This document shows positions 20,455 through 27,798 of a stretch of 64,000 nt of DNA, piece by piece. Under the pieces are notes generated by a model. It did not search any database, was not told where the DNA came from, and worked only from the letters and a program-made list of their open reading frames with translations. Each line of letters starts with the position of its first letter. The stretch's first letter is position 1. Position numbers and translations under genes: made by a program. Origin of the DNA: an uncultured Candidatus Saccharibacteria bacterium (lineage in GTDB: Bacteria > Patescibacteriota > Minisyncoccia > Phycocordibacterales > UBA2100); assembly GCA_964586255.1 (NCBI GenBank), contig CAZPGE010000003.1:66537-130536 (forward strand), written 5' to 3'.

Positions 20455-20850
20455 TCAGGACCGTGTCTTGGCCGCCTTGCGTTCTCGGAGTGCACGCCTC
20501 GCGAACACGATAAACACGATGAGCAGTGTCAGGTCGAACGCGACCCTGGTAATGCGTCCCAGCGTGTGTGCGAGTGCGTCAGAGAAGCCCACGAAGCTGT
20601 ACGCGCCGATGACGATTGCGTCCAAGAGTGCGGGCAGCTCAAGTGCGGTGGCCATGATGGCGCTTGGCGTGAGCTCGCCGTGGCGGACGTACACCCATGC
20701 CATCAGGCCGATGAACGACGCCACTTCGAGCAGAAGTAGTGCGATGACGACCCGACGAGATCTTCCTTGTTTTCGCATCCTGTCCTCCCAAGTATCTGGG
20801 TGCTGTGGAGATGCTACCCTCGCACTAAATATTGTCCAATAGTCACTCAT
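20455..20850 (-). CDS. Hypothetical membrane protein (131 aa)
   Basis: Protein-like ORF with TM segments. A hairpin-repeat terminator lies immediately downstream. Confidence 0.5.
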   Translation of the reverse strand: MSDYWTIFSARVASPQHPDTWEDRMRKQGRSRRVVIALLLLEVASFIGLMAWVYVRHGELTPSAIMATALELPALLDAIVIGAYSFVGFSDALAHTLGRITRVAFDLTLLIVFIVFARRALRERKAAKTRS

Positions 20851-20861
20851 ATATAGAGACA

Positions 20862-20882
20862 GCCGGGCGCGAAGCGCCCGGC
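20862..20882 (-). terminator. Hairpin-repeat family member (identical 21-mer gccgggcgcgaagcgcccggc)
   Basis: Exact copy of the 20414-20434 hairpin, placed after the stop of the protease gene. Confidence 0.6.
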
Positions 20883-20890
20883 CTGGGTTC

Positions 20891-21445
20891 TCATGGGAGA
20901 GCGGTTATTCTCGCCTGCGCCTCGCGGGTGAAGCGTTCGCGATACGCAGGAGGAGTGCGGCTCATGAATGCCTCCGAGAGCAGAAGGCGCAGAAAAGCGC
21001 GCACCGCATCTTTGCCCACCCACTGCGCCGCGAGCGCATCTGACGCGATTTCCTCAGCAAGACCCTCCGCCTCAGTGCGGGTACGCAGACCGCGTCGCGG
21101 GTGTGCGAGCTCGTGAGCCATCATGCCCCTGAGCGTGTCGCGGTCGGCGTCGAGTGCGAATGCGGGAAGCGTGACGGCATAGCGGATGCTCGTGGTCGTG
21201 GAGAATTGGAAGGTCAGTGGTATCGGACCGACCGATGTATTTTCCAGCTTGCACAATACCGGCATGTCATCCACGCCAAAGCCCGCCTGCGCCGCGACCT
21301 CGCGGTAGAGCAGATTGATGCGAGCGTCGTCGATGGCACTGAAGCCCTGGACGCCGACCACATTCACATTGGCCCTGCATGCATCCTGTGCATGCGCGGG
21401 CGCCATGAGGTAGAGCAGAAGCCCGATTAAGGTGATGAGCCGCAT
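20891..21445 (-). CDS. Secreted putative zinc metallopeptidase (HExxH)
   Basis: Signal peptide MRLITLIGLLLYLMAPAHA and an HELAH motif (MMAHELAHPRRG). The ORF table extends to 21481. Confidence 0.55.
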   Translation of the reverse strand: MRLITLIGLLLYLMAPAHAQDACRANVNVVGVQGFSAIDDARINLLYREVAAQAGFGVDDMPVLCKLENTSVGPIPLTFQFSTTTSIRYAVTLPAFALDADRDTLRGMMAHELAHPRRGLRTRTEAEGLAEEIASDALAAQWVGKDAVRAFLRLLLSEAFMSRTPPAYRERFTREAQARITALP

Positions 21446-21538
21446 GTGGCCCTCCTGGATACAGTTGTCCTCTGGCGGCACTGTATAGATAGGGTATTAA
21501 AAAGTAAACAGCCGGTCGGCTTGTGCTAGTATGGCGGC

Positions 21539-21859
21539 ATGACTTTGGAGCGCAGGAGATTGTATGCGCGTGGCGTAGAGGGGGAAGGTGTCGAGCGCAT
21601 CGATGCCGCTGCTATCCAATATGGAGACGATGTGTTCGTCGGCATCAATCATGGTGAAGCGTATGAAAAGCTCACGGCGATTCATCCGGAAGTAATCGCA
21701 GCGAATGCGGACATAAAAAATGGATTCCTCACGAGTACCGGACGCTTCGTGAGTCGCGATGAAGCAAGTGTCATAGCTGATAAAGCAGAGCAGGTCCGCG
21801 ATGAAATGAAAAACAGAATCCGAACGGGGCTTCACAGCGAAGACCTCAAGCGAGAATAA
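21539..21859 (+). CDS. Hypothetical protein (106 aa)
   Basis: Protein-like ORF, followed at 21875-21897 by a hairpin repeat. Confidence 0.45.
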   Translation: MTLERRRLYARGVEGEGVERIDAAAIQYGDDVFVGINHGEAYEKLTAIHPEVIAANADIKNGFLTSTGRFVSRDEASVIADKAEQVRDEMKNRIRTGLHSEDLKRE

Positions 21860-21874
21860 GAATACAAAAGAAAC

Positions 21875-21897
21875 GGCCGGGCGCGAAGCGCCCGGCC
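21875..21897. repeat. Hairpin-repeat family member (ggccgggcgc-gaa-gcgcccggcc) with the conserved aaagaaac 5' flank
   Basis: Same core as the 20414 and 20862 hairpins, extended by one pair. Confidence 0.6.
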
Positions 21898-21993
21898 GAT
21901 ATTGCTGCGGAGGTGACACCTTGGTATGCACTGTTGACGACGAATGACGCTTAGGGGATAGTGGGAGCCGTTTCAACCGGAGCAAGGTGCACA

Positions 21994-22314
21994 ATGTCCA
22001 ACAATGCGTCTCGCGGCCTTGTCCAAGGTTCGGTCGTCTGGAATACGCTTGCTGTCGTGGCGTTTGCGGTGATGCTTTGGTTCGTCGCCAAGCACATGCT
22101 CTTCACGCCGGTATCCACGTGGAAGCTTGTCCTCTCGGCAGCGCTGTCGTACGCTTTCTGCTACGTGGCTGCTAAGGAGGCGCTCCCGAAAAGGGACGAC
22201 CGGCTCGAAGTGTGTAGGCGCCACCTTTTCCAGGGTGACCTCGCTATCGCTTCGTTCGCGGTGTTCGTGATTGTCATCGGGCGCTGGGGCGCATCGCTCT
22301 GGCCGTGGTTCTGA
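21994..22314 (+). CDS. Hypothetical membrane protein (~106 aa)
   Basis: Hydrophobic helices. It is favoured over the Arg/Ser-rich antisense ORF 21973-22533. A terminator hairpin (aggacgcc-gaaa-ggcgtcct) follows at 22347-22366. Confidence 0.5.
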   Translation: MSNNASRGLVQGSVVWNTLAVVAFAVMLWFVAKHMLFTPVSTWKLVLSAALSYAFCYVAAKEALPKRDDRLEVCRRHLFQGDLAIASFAVFVIVIGRWGASLWPWF

Positions 22315-22483
22315 GGGATCGATTGTTCGTGAAAGGAAACAGGACGCCGAAAGGCGTCCTGCATCATTTGGCATACCTTTTGCAGAGAACCGTTCTCTGC
22401 AAACTACTACTAATGTGTGCAGCATACGCCGCACATCTCCAAAGCAAACGACCCCGCGTGGCGGGGCCGCTGGTGTCGAGAGC

Positions 22484-22804
22484 TTACGCATCGACGGTGA
22501 TTTGCAGAGTGTTGGCGACGATGAACTCCTCAAGCCACTCCAGGATCAGTGTGGCCGATGGGAAGTTCTCCTCGGTCACATCTTGCTGCGCGGAGCGCGC
22601 GGTCCACTTGGCGTGCGCGACAGCAGCATGAAGGTCGCCGAGGCAGAATGCGGGGCGGCCGCTGTCGACATGGCGCATCTGCCGGGGCTGCGTGTGCGGG
22701 TACGATGCATCGAGTGCCGCACGGATTGCGGATACCCGCAAGGCGATGGAACTTTCTGGCATGGGCGAAAGACCTTTCTGGTTTGGACTGCCGCCATCAT
22801 ACAC
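22484..22804 (-). CDS. Hypothetical protein (106 aa)
   Basis: Downstream on the minus strand lies ccccgccacgcgggg followed by a T-rich tail (terminator). Co-oriented with the DUF167 gene upstream. Confidence 0.45.
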   Translation of the reverse strand: MYDGGSPNQKGLSPMPESSIALRVSAIRAALDASYPHTQPRQMRHVDSGRPAFCLGDLHAAVAHAKWTARSAQQDVTEENFPSATLILEWLEEFIVANTLQITVDA

Positions 22805-22822
22805 CCTTGAAAAGGCGTACCA

Positions 22823-23041
22823 TTATTCCCGTACCTGGATAGTCTTGGAAGGGGAGCGTTGACCTTTGATAATAAGGAGCTTCTTGGGAGCGATGCCAAT
22901 CTCGCGCGCAAGAAGTGAGAGTACGCGCGCGTTGGCCATCCCGCCCTCGGCTTTTTCGCGCACGGATATGTCATAGCGGTCCGCGACTTTCTTTATGCTC
23001 TCGTTTCTCGCACCGGCTTTCACGCGCACTTTTATCAGCAT
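22823..23041 (-). CDS. DUF167 / YggU-family (UPF0235) small protein
   Basis: …VKAGARNESI…GMANARVLSLLAREIGIAPKKLLIIKGQRSPSKTIQV follows the YggU pattern. Confidence 0.65.
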   Translation of the reverse strand: MLIKVRVKAGARNESIKKVADRYDISVREKAEGGMANARVLSLLAREIGIAPKKLLIIKGQRSPSKTIQVRE

Positions 23042-23066
23042 CCGCGCATGGTATCAAAAAAGAAAC

Positions 23067-23087
23067 GGCCGGGCATGAGGCCCGGCC
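23067..23087 (-). terminator. Hairpin-repeat family variant (ggccgggc-atgag-gcccggcc); minus-strand terminator
   Basis: 8-bp stem. The minus-strand reading is followed by GTTTCTTTTTTG. Confidence 0.6.
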
Positions 23088-23114
23088 GAAATCGCGCCGC
23101 TGCAGTGTCGCGTA

Positions 23115-23522
23115 TCAGATCACGAGGACGCTGACTCCAGGCATGCCCGGAATCTGCAGCGGAAGCCCGACCATTCTAAGCAGGCCGAGCAAAGCGCCCT
23201 CGGCGCCGTCGCGTCCACCCTTGATTTCGTCGCTGGTCTTGACGCCGCGATCGAGCGCCATCTTGTCGAGCAGTGCGACCTCGATATCCTCGATGTCGCC
23301 GCCGAGGACATTCTTCACGACGCGCTCGTCGGTCGGAATCTTGTCGAACGTGACCTGCCTCGCGTGTTCGCGAAGCCTCGCCTCCTGCGCTTCGCTCATG
23401 ACGAGGACGAGCTGGGCGCGGCAGGTGCAGAGGGGACCGCAGCCGACGTTGCTGGTCTCCAGCAGAAGGACCCGCTCGACTGCTTTTTTGGGGCCCGGCA
23501 TCTGGTGTGCGCTTGCGTTCAT
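23115..23522 (-). CDS. Hypothetical protein (~136 aa) with a CGPLCTC motif
   Basis: Protein-like ORF. Start chosen at MNASAHQ; the ORF table extends to 23570. No family recognised. Confidence 0.45.
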   Translation of the reverse strand: MNASAHQMPGPKKAVERVLLLETSNVGCGPLCTCRAQLVLVMSEAQEARLREHARQVTFDKIPTDERVVKNVLGGDIEDIEVALLDKMALDRGVKTSDEIKGGRDGAEGALLGLLRMVGLPLQIPGMPGVSVLVI

Positions 23523-23625
23523 GGCTTTCCTCCGAATTTGTTGCGGATCACCGCCTGGTGTCCTGTGCATTTTTTACTACTTTGTGAGAAGCTTGTCAAG
23601 CGGTGGCTATATTCCAAAAAAGAAT

Positions 23626-23646
23626 GGCCGGGCGTGAAGCCCGGCC
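23626..23646 (-). terminator. Hairpin-repeat family variant (ggccgggc-gtgaa-gcccggcc)
   Basis: Minus-strand reading is followed by ATTCTTTTTTGG. Lies after the stop of the 23688-24272 gene. Confidence 0.6.
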
Positions 23647-23687
23647 GGTGTTGGGGGAAAGAACGAGGGGGGATGAGGTCTGGAGCG

Positions 23688-24272
23688 TTACCGTCCCAAG
23701 CTCGTCCACGCTGCGTGGCGACGCTCCGAGGTCCTCTCGACCGCTGCGAGCAGCAACGAGTAGATTAGGACGACCTCGAGGAAGACCAGCACGCTGTGGA
23801 GCTGCAATACCTTGACCACGAGGGTCTCGGTCTTGTGCGCGTTGAACATGCGCAGCGTCGCCTTGACGAAGTCAGCGTGCCCCTTGTACCACGCCGCCGT
23901 CTCGGCCGTGAAGCCGAACCAAGCGACGAGAAGGATCGCATGCACGATGATAATCGCGAGGACGACGCGCTTCACGTGCCACCAGGTATTCCCGCCGCGC
24001 ATGACGAAGAGGATGGCGAACATCCAGAGCGTCATGAGCGTGCCGATGACGAGCGTGCTGTCGAGATGCATCTTGTCCGCGACGATCGTCTCGGCCAAGA
24101 TGGGTGACGTACTCGTGAACGACGAGATGACGCGCGCCATGGCTTTCGCCACGTCTTCCGCATCCTGGAAGATATCGTTGACGAACTTGGTGTCGACGAC
24201 GTACCAGAATACGAAGATGGTAACCACTGCCAGAAATTGGCAGAACAGTCTCAATGCGGTAATGCGAAGCAT
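23688..24272 (-). CDS. Hypothetical multi-pass membrane protein (~195 aa)
   Basis: Several TM helices. Start at MLRITALRLF; the ORF table extends to 24302. Confidence 0.5.
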   Translation of the reverse strand: MLRITALRLFCQFLAVVTIFVFWYVVDTKFVNDIFQDAEDVAKAMARVISSFTSTSPILAETIVADKMHLDSTLVIGTLMTLWMFAILFVMRGGNTWWHVKRVVLAIIIVHAILLVAWFGFTAETAAWYKGHADFVKATLRMFNAHKTETLVVKVLQLHSVLVFLEVVLIYSLLLAAVERTSERRHAAWTSLGR

Positions 24273-24364
24273 GGCCGAACCTTTCGATGTTGGCAGTGCC
24301 ACTATTGGCTAGCTGTTATTATACTACTGAAAGCATGTATTGTCAATGATGGTAAAATGGCTCT

Positions 24365-25246
24365 GTGGCAGGGAAATCAGTCGCTAAGAAGAAACGTGCG
24401 AAGACAGGCGCAAGGGCCCCGAAAGCCGCTGTGGAAGCTCGAGGAGCGCCTATAGCGCATTGGAGCCATTCCTCCTTGATGGCTTTTCTGCGCAACCAAT
24501 TGGCCTGGTACAAGCGCTATGTTGAGAATGTGCGTGATACGCCGTCGAATCCGTCCTCTGTGATTGGCCGCGCGGCTCACACGGCACTCCAGCATTTCTA
24601 TGGCGGACTCGGCAAAGATGCCGCGATGGACCTCGGGCTCGCTTATCTGCGCGATGTGCCGGACTTCGAGATAAATTTTGGTAAAGCGAGGAGTCGCAAA
24701 GACAAGAAGCGGAAGCGTGAGCTGATGGAGCGCGATTACCTGCAGGCGGTGAGCTTTTATCTAGAAAAGGCGCCCAAGCACGAGGTGCTCGGTGTCGAGG
24801 TGGTAGCGACGGCACAGGTAGAAGGCTTACAGCTCCCGCTCAAGGCGATTTCGGACCTCGTGGTCGTGTCGCGTGCGCAAAAGGGCGCGGTGGATATCGT
24901 CGACCACAAATTTGTCGATGCGTTTAGCAAACAGAAGAATCAAAAGACGCTCTTTATTATGCAGGCGCTCTTCAACTACTACACCGTGATGCACGCATAC
25001 AAAATGCCCGTACGAAGATTTCTCGTGTACGAGTGCAAAAAGTCGCGCAACATCGACGGCTCGCCACAGCTTCGCCGCTACGTCATAGATTTTTCGAAAA
25101 TCTCGCACGAGTTTGAGGTGTTCCACCGGCTTATCAACGATGCGACGGAGGAAATATCGCGCCCGCGGCGGTATTTGCCCAATCCGTCGGACATGTTTGA
25201 GGGTGAAAACAGTTTTGAAATCTACCGACTTGGGCTCGTGGAATAA
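24365..25246 (+). CDS. Stand-alone PD-(D/E)xK nuclease superfamily protein (RecB/Cas4-like fold, no Cys cluster)
   Basis: N-terminal HWSHSSLMAFLRNQLAWYKRYV. Core motif …AISDLVVVSRAQKGAVDIVDHKF resembles the GxIDRxD…IIDYKT nuclease motif. The basic N-terminal tail is Lys-rich. Confidence 0.6.
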   Translation: MAGKSVAKKKRAKTGARAPKAAVEARGAPIAHWSHSSLMAFLRNQLAWYKRYVENVRDTPSNPSSVIGRAAHTALQHFYGGLGKDAAMDLGLAYLRDVPDFEINFGKARSRKDKKRKRELMERDYLQAVSFYLEKAPKHEVLGVEVVATAQVEGLQLPLKAISDLVVVSRAQKGAVDIVDHKFVDAFSKQKNQKTLFIMQALFNYYTVMHAYKMPVRRFLVYECKKSRNIDGSPQLRRYVIDFSKISHEFEVFHRLINDATEEISRPRRYLPNPSDMFEGENSFEIYRLGLVE

Positions 25247-25262
25247 AAAACAAGCGCGGCCG

Positions 25263-25282
25263 AACGGCCGCGCTGCATCACT
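25263..25282. terminator. GC hairpin (gcgcggccg-aa-cggccgcgc) between convergent genes; bidirectional terminator
   Basis: Flanked by an A-tract on the + side and a T-tract on the minus-strand reading. Confidence 0.55.
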
Positions 25283-25296
25283 TGAAAGACCAGAGG

Positions 25297-25965
25297 TCAG
25301 CGGGCAAGCTGCAGGAATGCGACCTTGCCCGGTCGCGCGCTTCGAGCGGCGTGTGCCATGGCGGCCTGTCGGCGGTAGAGCGCGAGCGCTTCACCGCAAT
25401 ACAGGACGCTACAGAGCATGGTGCCGAAGGCGACCCAAAATGCGAACGTGACGAAGTACCAGAGCGCACCGCCGCTGAGCACGTCTTCCGCTGCGATGGC
25501 AGCAAAGAATGCCAGCTGTGCAGCGAAGAGATACGCCGTCTTGTACTTCGCGGCCTGGTTGGCATCGAGGATTTCTCCGCGTGTCCGCATGGCGGTCGTT
25601 GCTCTGGAGTATTCGTCGACCTTCCATGCAAACGCGATGTACCAGATTAGGTACCAGCCGAGTCCGAAGTAGAGCGGGACGACAGCGAGGCAGGCATAGG
25701 AGAAGAACTTGTCCATGAGCGGATCGACGCGCGCACCGAAGTCAGTCCTCCATCCATAGGCGCGCGCCAGATGGCCGTCGAGTGCGTCGGAGCCGACGCA
25801 CAGGGCAGCGAGAAGCAGAGCGACTGAGCGGAAGGGGAAGTACTCGTCCGGCGGCACGACAAGACCAAAGTTGCCGGCGATGTACCAGATGAATAGTGCT
25901 ACGATAGCGGGCGTCATCACAAGCCCGCGCAGAAGTGTCAAAGCGTTCGGAATCTGCTGAAGCAT
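25297..25965 (-). CDS. pgsA: CDP-alcohol phosphatidyltransferase (PgsA-like)
   Basis: DALDGHLARAYGWRTDFGARVDPLMDK matches the D-x2-DG-x2-AR…G-x3-D-x3-D motif. Confidence 0.85.
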   Translation of the reverse strand: MLQQIPNALTLLRGLVMTPAIVALFIWYIAGNFGLVVPPDEYFPFRSVALLLAALCVGSDALDGHLARAYGWRTDFGARVDPLMDKFFSYACLAVVPLYFGLGWYLIWYIAFAWKVDEYSRATTAMRTRGEILDANQAAKYKTAYLFAAQLAFFAAIAAEDVLSGGALWYFVTFAFWVAFGTMLCSVLYCGEALALYRRQAAMAHAARSARPGKVAFLQLAR

Positions 25966-26042
25966 TGAGCCCCCCTAAGATTTCTTGAGCAGGATTGCTC
26001 CTGATGAGTAGCCTACGGGGCCAGAGGCGAGGGGTCAAGTGT

Positions 26043-26540
26043 CTAGGAATCAAGACTTGCGCATGTGGCATGACGTATCTTTTGGCGCGTGATTTTGCCT
26101 ACACCGGTGGTCTCGGAGACGTCGGGGATAGCCTGCTCTTTCTGCCACTCATACACGGCGCGCGCGGTCTGCGGGCCGTAGAAGCCGGTGATGAGATCGC
26201 TGTAGACACGCTCTCGCGTGAGAAAATATTGCAACTCACTCACTTCTCCGTCGGTCTTTGCATCACTGGTCCCAGGTCTCAAGTCATGCGCGAGGTCCAC
26301 GCAGTCAGATACTTGCGAGCTCGCTTTGAAGTTGGTGATGATGCGGCGAAGATTGGTGATTATCTCTAGAAGTATTGCAATGTGTTCTTGTTGCGAGACT
26401 CCGAGTGTCTGCGCTTTCGCGCTTATCTCCATGAGTTCACCGAGGCTGCACGCTTCGTTGCGCTCCACGCACGTGCTCGCGAAAGCGAGCGAGGGAGCGA
26501 AAAGTGCGCCGACCGCGAAGGAGGCGAGAAGACGCGTCAT
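26043..26540 (-). CDS. Secreted protein with a peptidoglycan-binding-like domain
   Basis: Signal peptide. The C-terminal YGPQTARAVYEWQK resembles PG_binding_1. Confidence 0.55.
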   Translation of the reverse strand: MTRLLASFAVGALFAPSLAFASTCVERNEACSLGELMEISAKAQTLGVSQQEHIAILLEIITNLRRIITNFKASSQVSDCVDLAHDLRPGTSDAKTDGEVSELQYFLTRERVYSDLITGFYGPQTARAVYEWQKEQAIPDVSETTGVGKITRQKIRHATCASLDS

Positions 26541-26542
26541 GT

Positions 26543-27040
26543 TTAGCGACTGCGGACCTTGAGCTTGGTCTGGCGTCTCTTGTTGATTTTCGGAAGGCGA
26601 ATCATAAGGATGCCGTGCTTCTCACTCGCTTCCGCAAGGTCCACATCGACTTCTTCGGGGAGTAGAATCGTGCGTGAAAATGCACCCCAGTACAACTCTT
26701 TTTGGAAATAGTCGTTGTCCTCGGCTTCTTTCTCGTCTTGGCGGGTGCCGGATATGGTGAGCATCTCGCGCGTGAGGGAGATGTCGATAGTGGTGGGCTG
26801 CACGCCAGCGACGAGTGCCTTTATGACAATAGAATCGGGTGTCTGGTAGACATCGACGGCGAGCTCGCCTCCTGGCTCTTCAGGCGTCCATTCGCCAGCT
26901 GGCGAACCCTCCCGCGTATTTATGTGTGCGACGCGCTCTTCGCCCTTACCCTCAAAGCGTGGATGCTCGGCGACAGGGTCGTCGAAAAAGTCGTCGTATT
27001 CTTGAGACGAGCCTGCGAGCTTAGAGAAGAATTTCTTCAT
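26543..27040 (-). CDS. Small heat-shock protein (Hsp20 / alpha-crystallin family)
   Basis: Alpha-crystallin domain GELAVDVYQTPDSIVIKALVAGVQP…AFSRTILLPEEVD…GILMIRLPK. Confidence 0.85.
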   Translation of the reverse strand: MKKFFSKLAGSSQEYDDFFDDPVAEHPRFEGKGEERVAHINTREGSPAGEWTPEEPGGELAVDVYQTPDSIVIKALVAGVQPTTIDISLTREMLTISGTRQDEKEAEDNDYFQKELYWGAFSRTILLPEEVDVDLAEASEKHGILMIRLPKINKRRQTKLKVRSR

Positions 27041-27068
27041 ACGGTGAACAGATATATGATAACACCAA

Positions 27069-27791
27069 TTATAACCAGCGCGGGCGTAGCCGCTTCACAA
27101 ATTCCAAGATGGCGAGGAGTGCAATCACCCCAATCCATACAAAGGCAAACGTCCTGAGCAGCTGGTCGTCGGCCGTGTGTAGTATAAAAAAGTTGAACGC
27201 CGCATGCAAAAGCGATGCAAGGACAACGCCGCCGATTGCGTACCGTATGCGCGTGGCGCGCTTCTCATAGAAAGCGAAACCTATCATGACACCTATCACC
27301 GCCGAGGCGAGCACGTGGAGGAGCGTCGCGCCGATAAAACGGAGGTTGCCCGTCATGACGGTCTGCAGGATAGAGTCACCGGAGAGCGGGGAGAGTAAGA
27401 AAAGGGTATTTTCTGCTGCCGCGAAGCCGAGGGCGACCGTCACCATGTAAATCACAGGGTCTATGGGCTCGTCGTCTTCGCGTCGGCGGAGGACGGTGAG
27501 CGAAGCGGCGATAAATTTGAACACTTCTTCGATGATGGACCAGACGGTAAAGATGATGGTGTTGACGGAAAACACACCGACAAAGAAGTACACCTCATGG
27601 ATGTATGAGGCGGCAAACTTCTGGATAGGTATGACCACCGCCACCGTCACCATACCGGCGAGAAAGGCGAGCGCGATGAGCTTGCGCGGCTCAGGGTGTG
27701 CACTATCTTCCCTGCGCCAAAACCAGAGCCAGGCGAGAGCGGGCAAGACGCCGCCCGCCATCGCTGCGAGGATAGTAAGCGTCTCAATCAT
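27069..27791 (-). CDS. PrsW-family intramembrane metalloprotease
   Basis: Motifs IIEEVFKFIAA, GFAAAENTLF and HVLASAVIGV within a polytopic membrane protein. Confidence 0.75.
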   Translation of the reverse strand: MIETLTILAAMAGGVLPALAWLWFWRREDSAHPEPRKLIALAFLAGMVTVAVVIPIQKFAASYIHEVYFFVGVFSVNTIIFTVWSIIEEVFKFIAASLTVLRRREDDEPIDPVIYMVTVALGFAAAENTLFLLSPLSGDSILQTVMTGNLRFIGATLLHVLASAVIGVMIGFAFYEKRATRIRYAIGGVVLASLLHAAFNFFILHTADDQLLRTFAFVWIGVIALLAILEFVKRLRPRWL

Positions 27792-27798
27792 TCCTGGA

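Noticed and set aside
21973-22533. 186-aa minus-strand ORF overlapping the 21994-22314 membrane gene
   Set aside because: Arg/Ser/Pro/His-rich junk-like translation. The + strand ORF has coherent TM helices and its own downstream hairpin terminator.
20414-25282. Possibility that the recurring GC hairpins are a CRISPR array or integron attC sites
   Set aside because: Spacing is irregular (0.4-2 kb) with whole genes between copies. The units are simple 8-11-bp perfect hairpins with T-tails (terminators). They lack the length, extrahelical bases and R''/R' core (RYYYAAC/GTTRRRY) of attC sites. No cas genes or intI are present.
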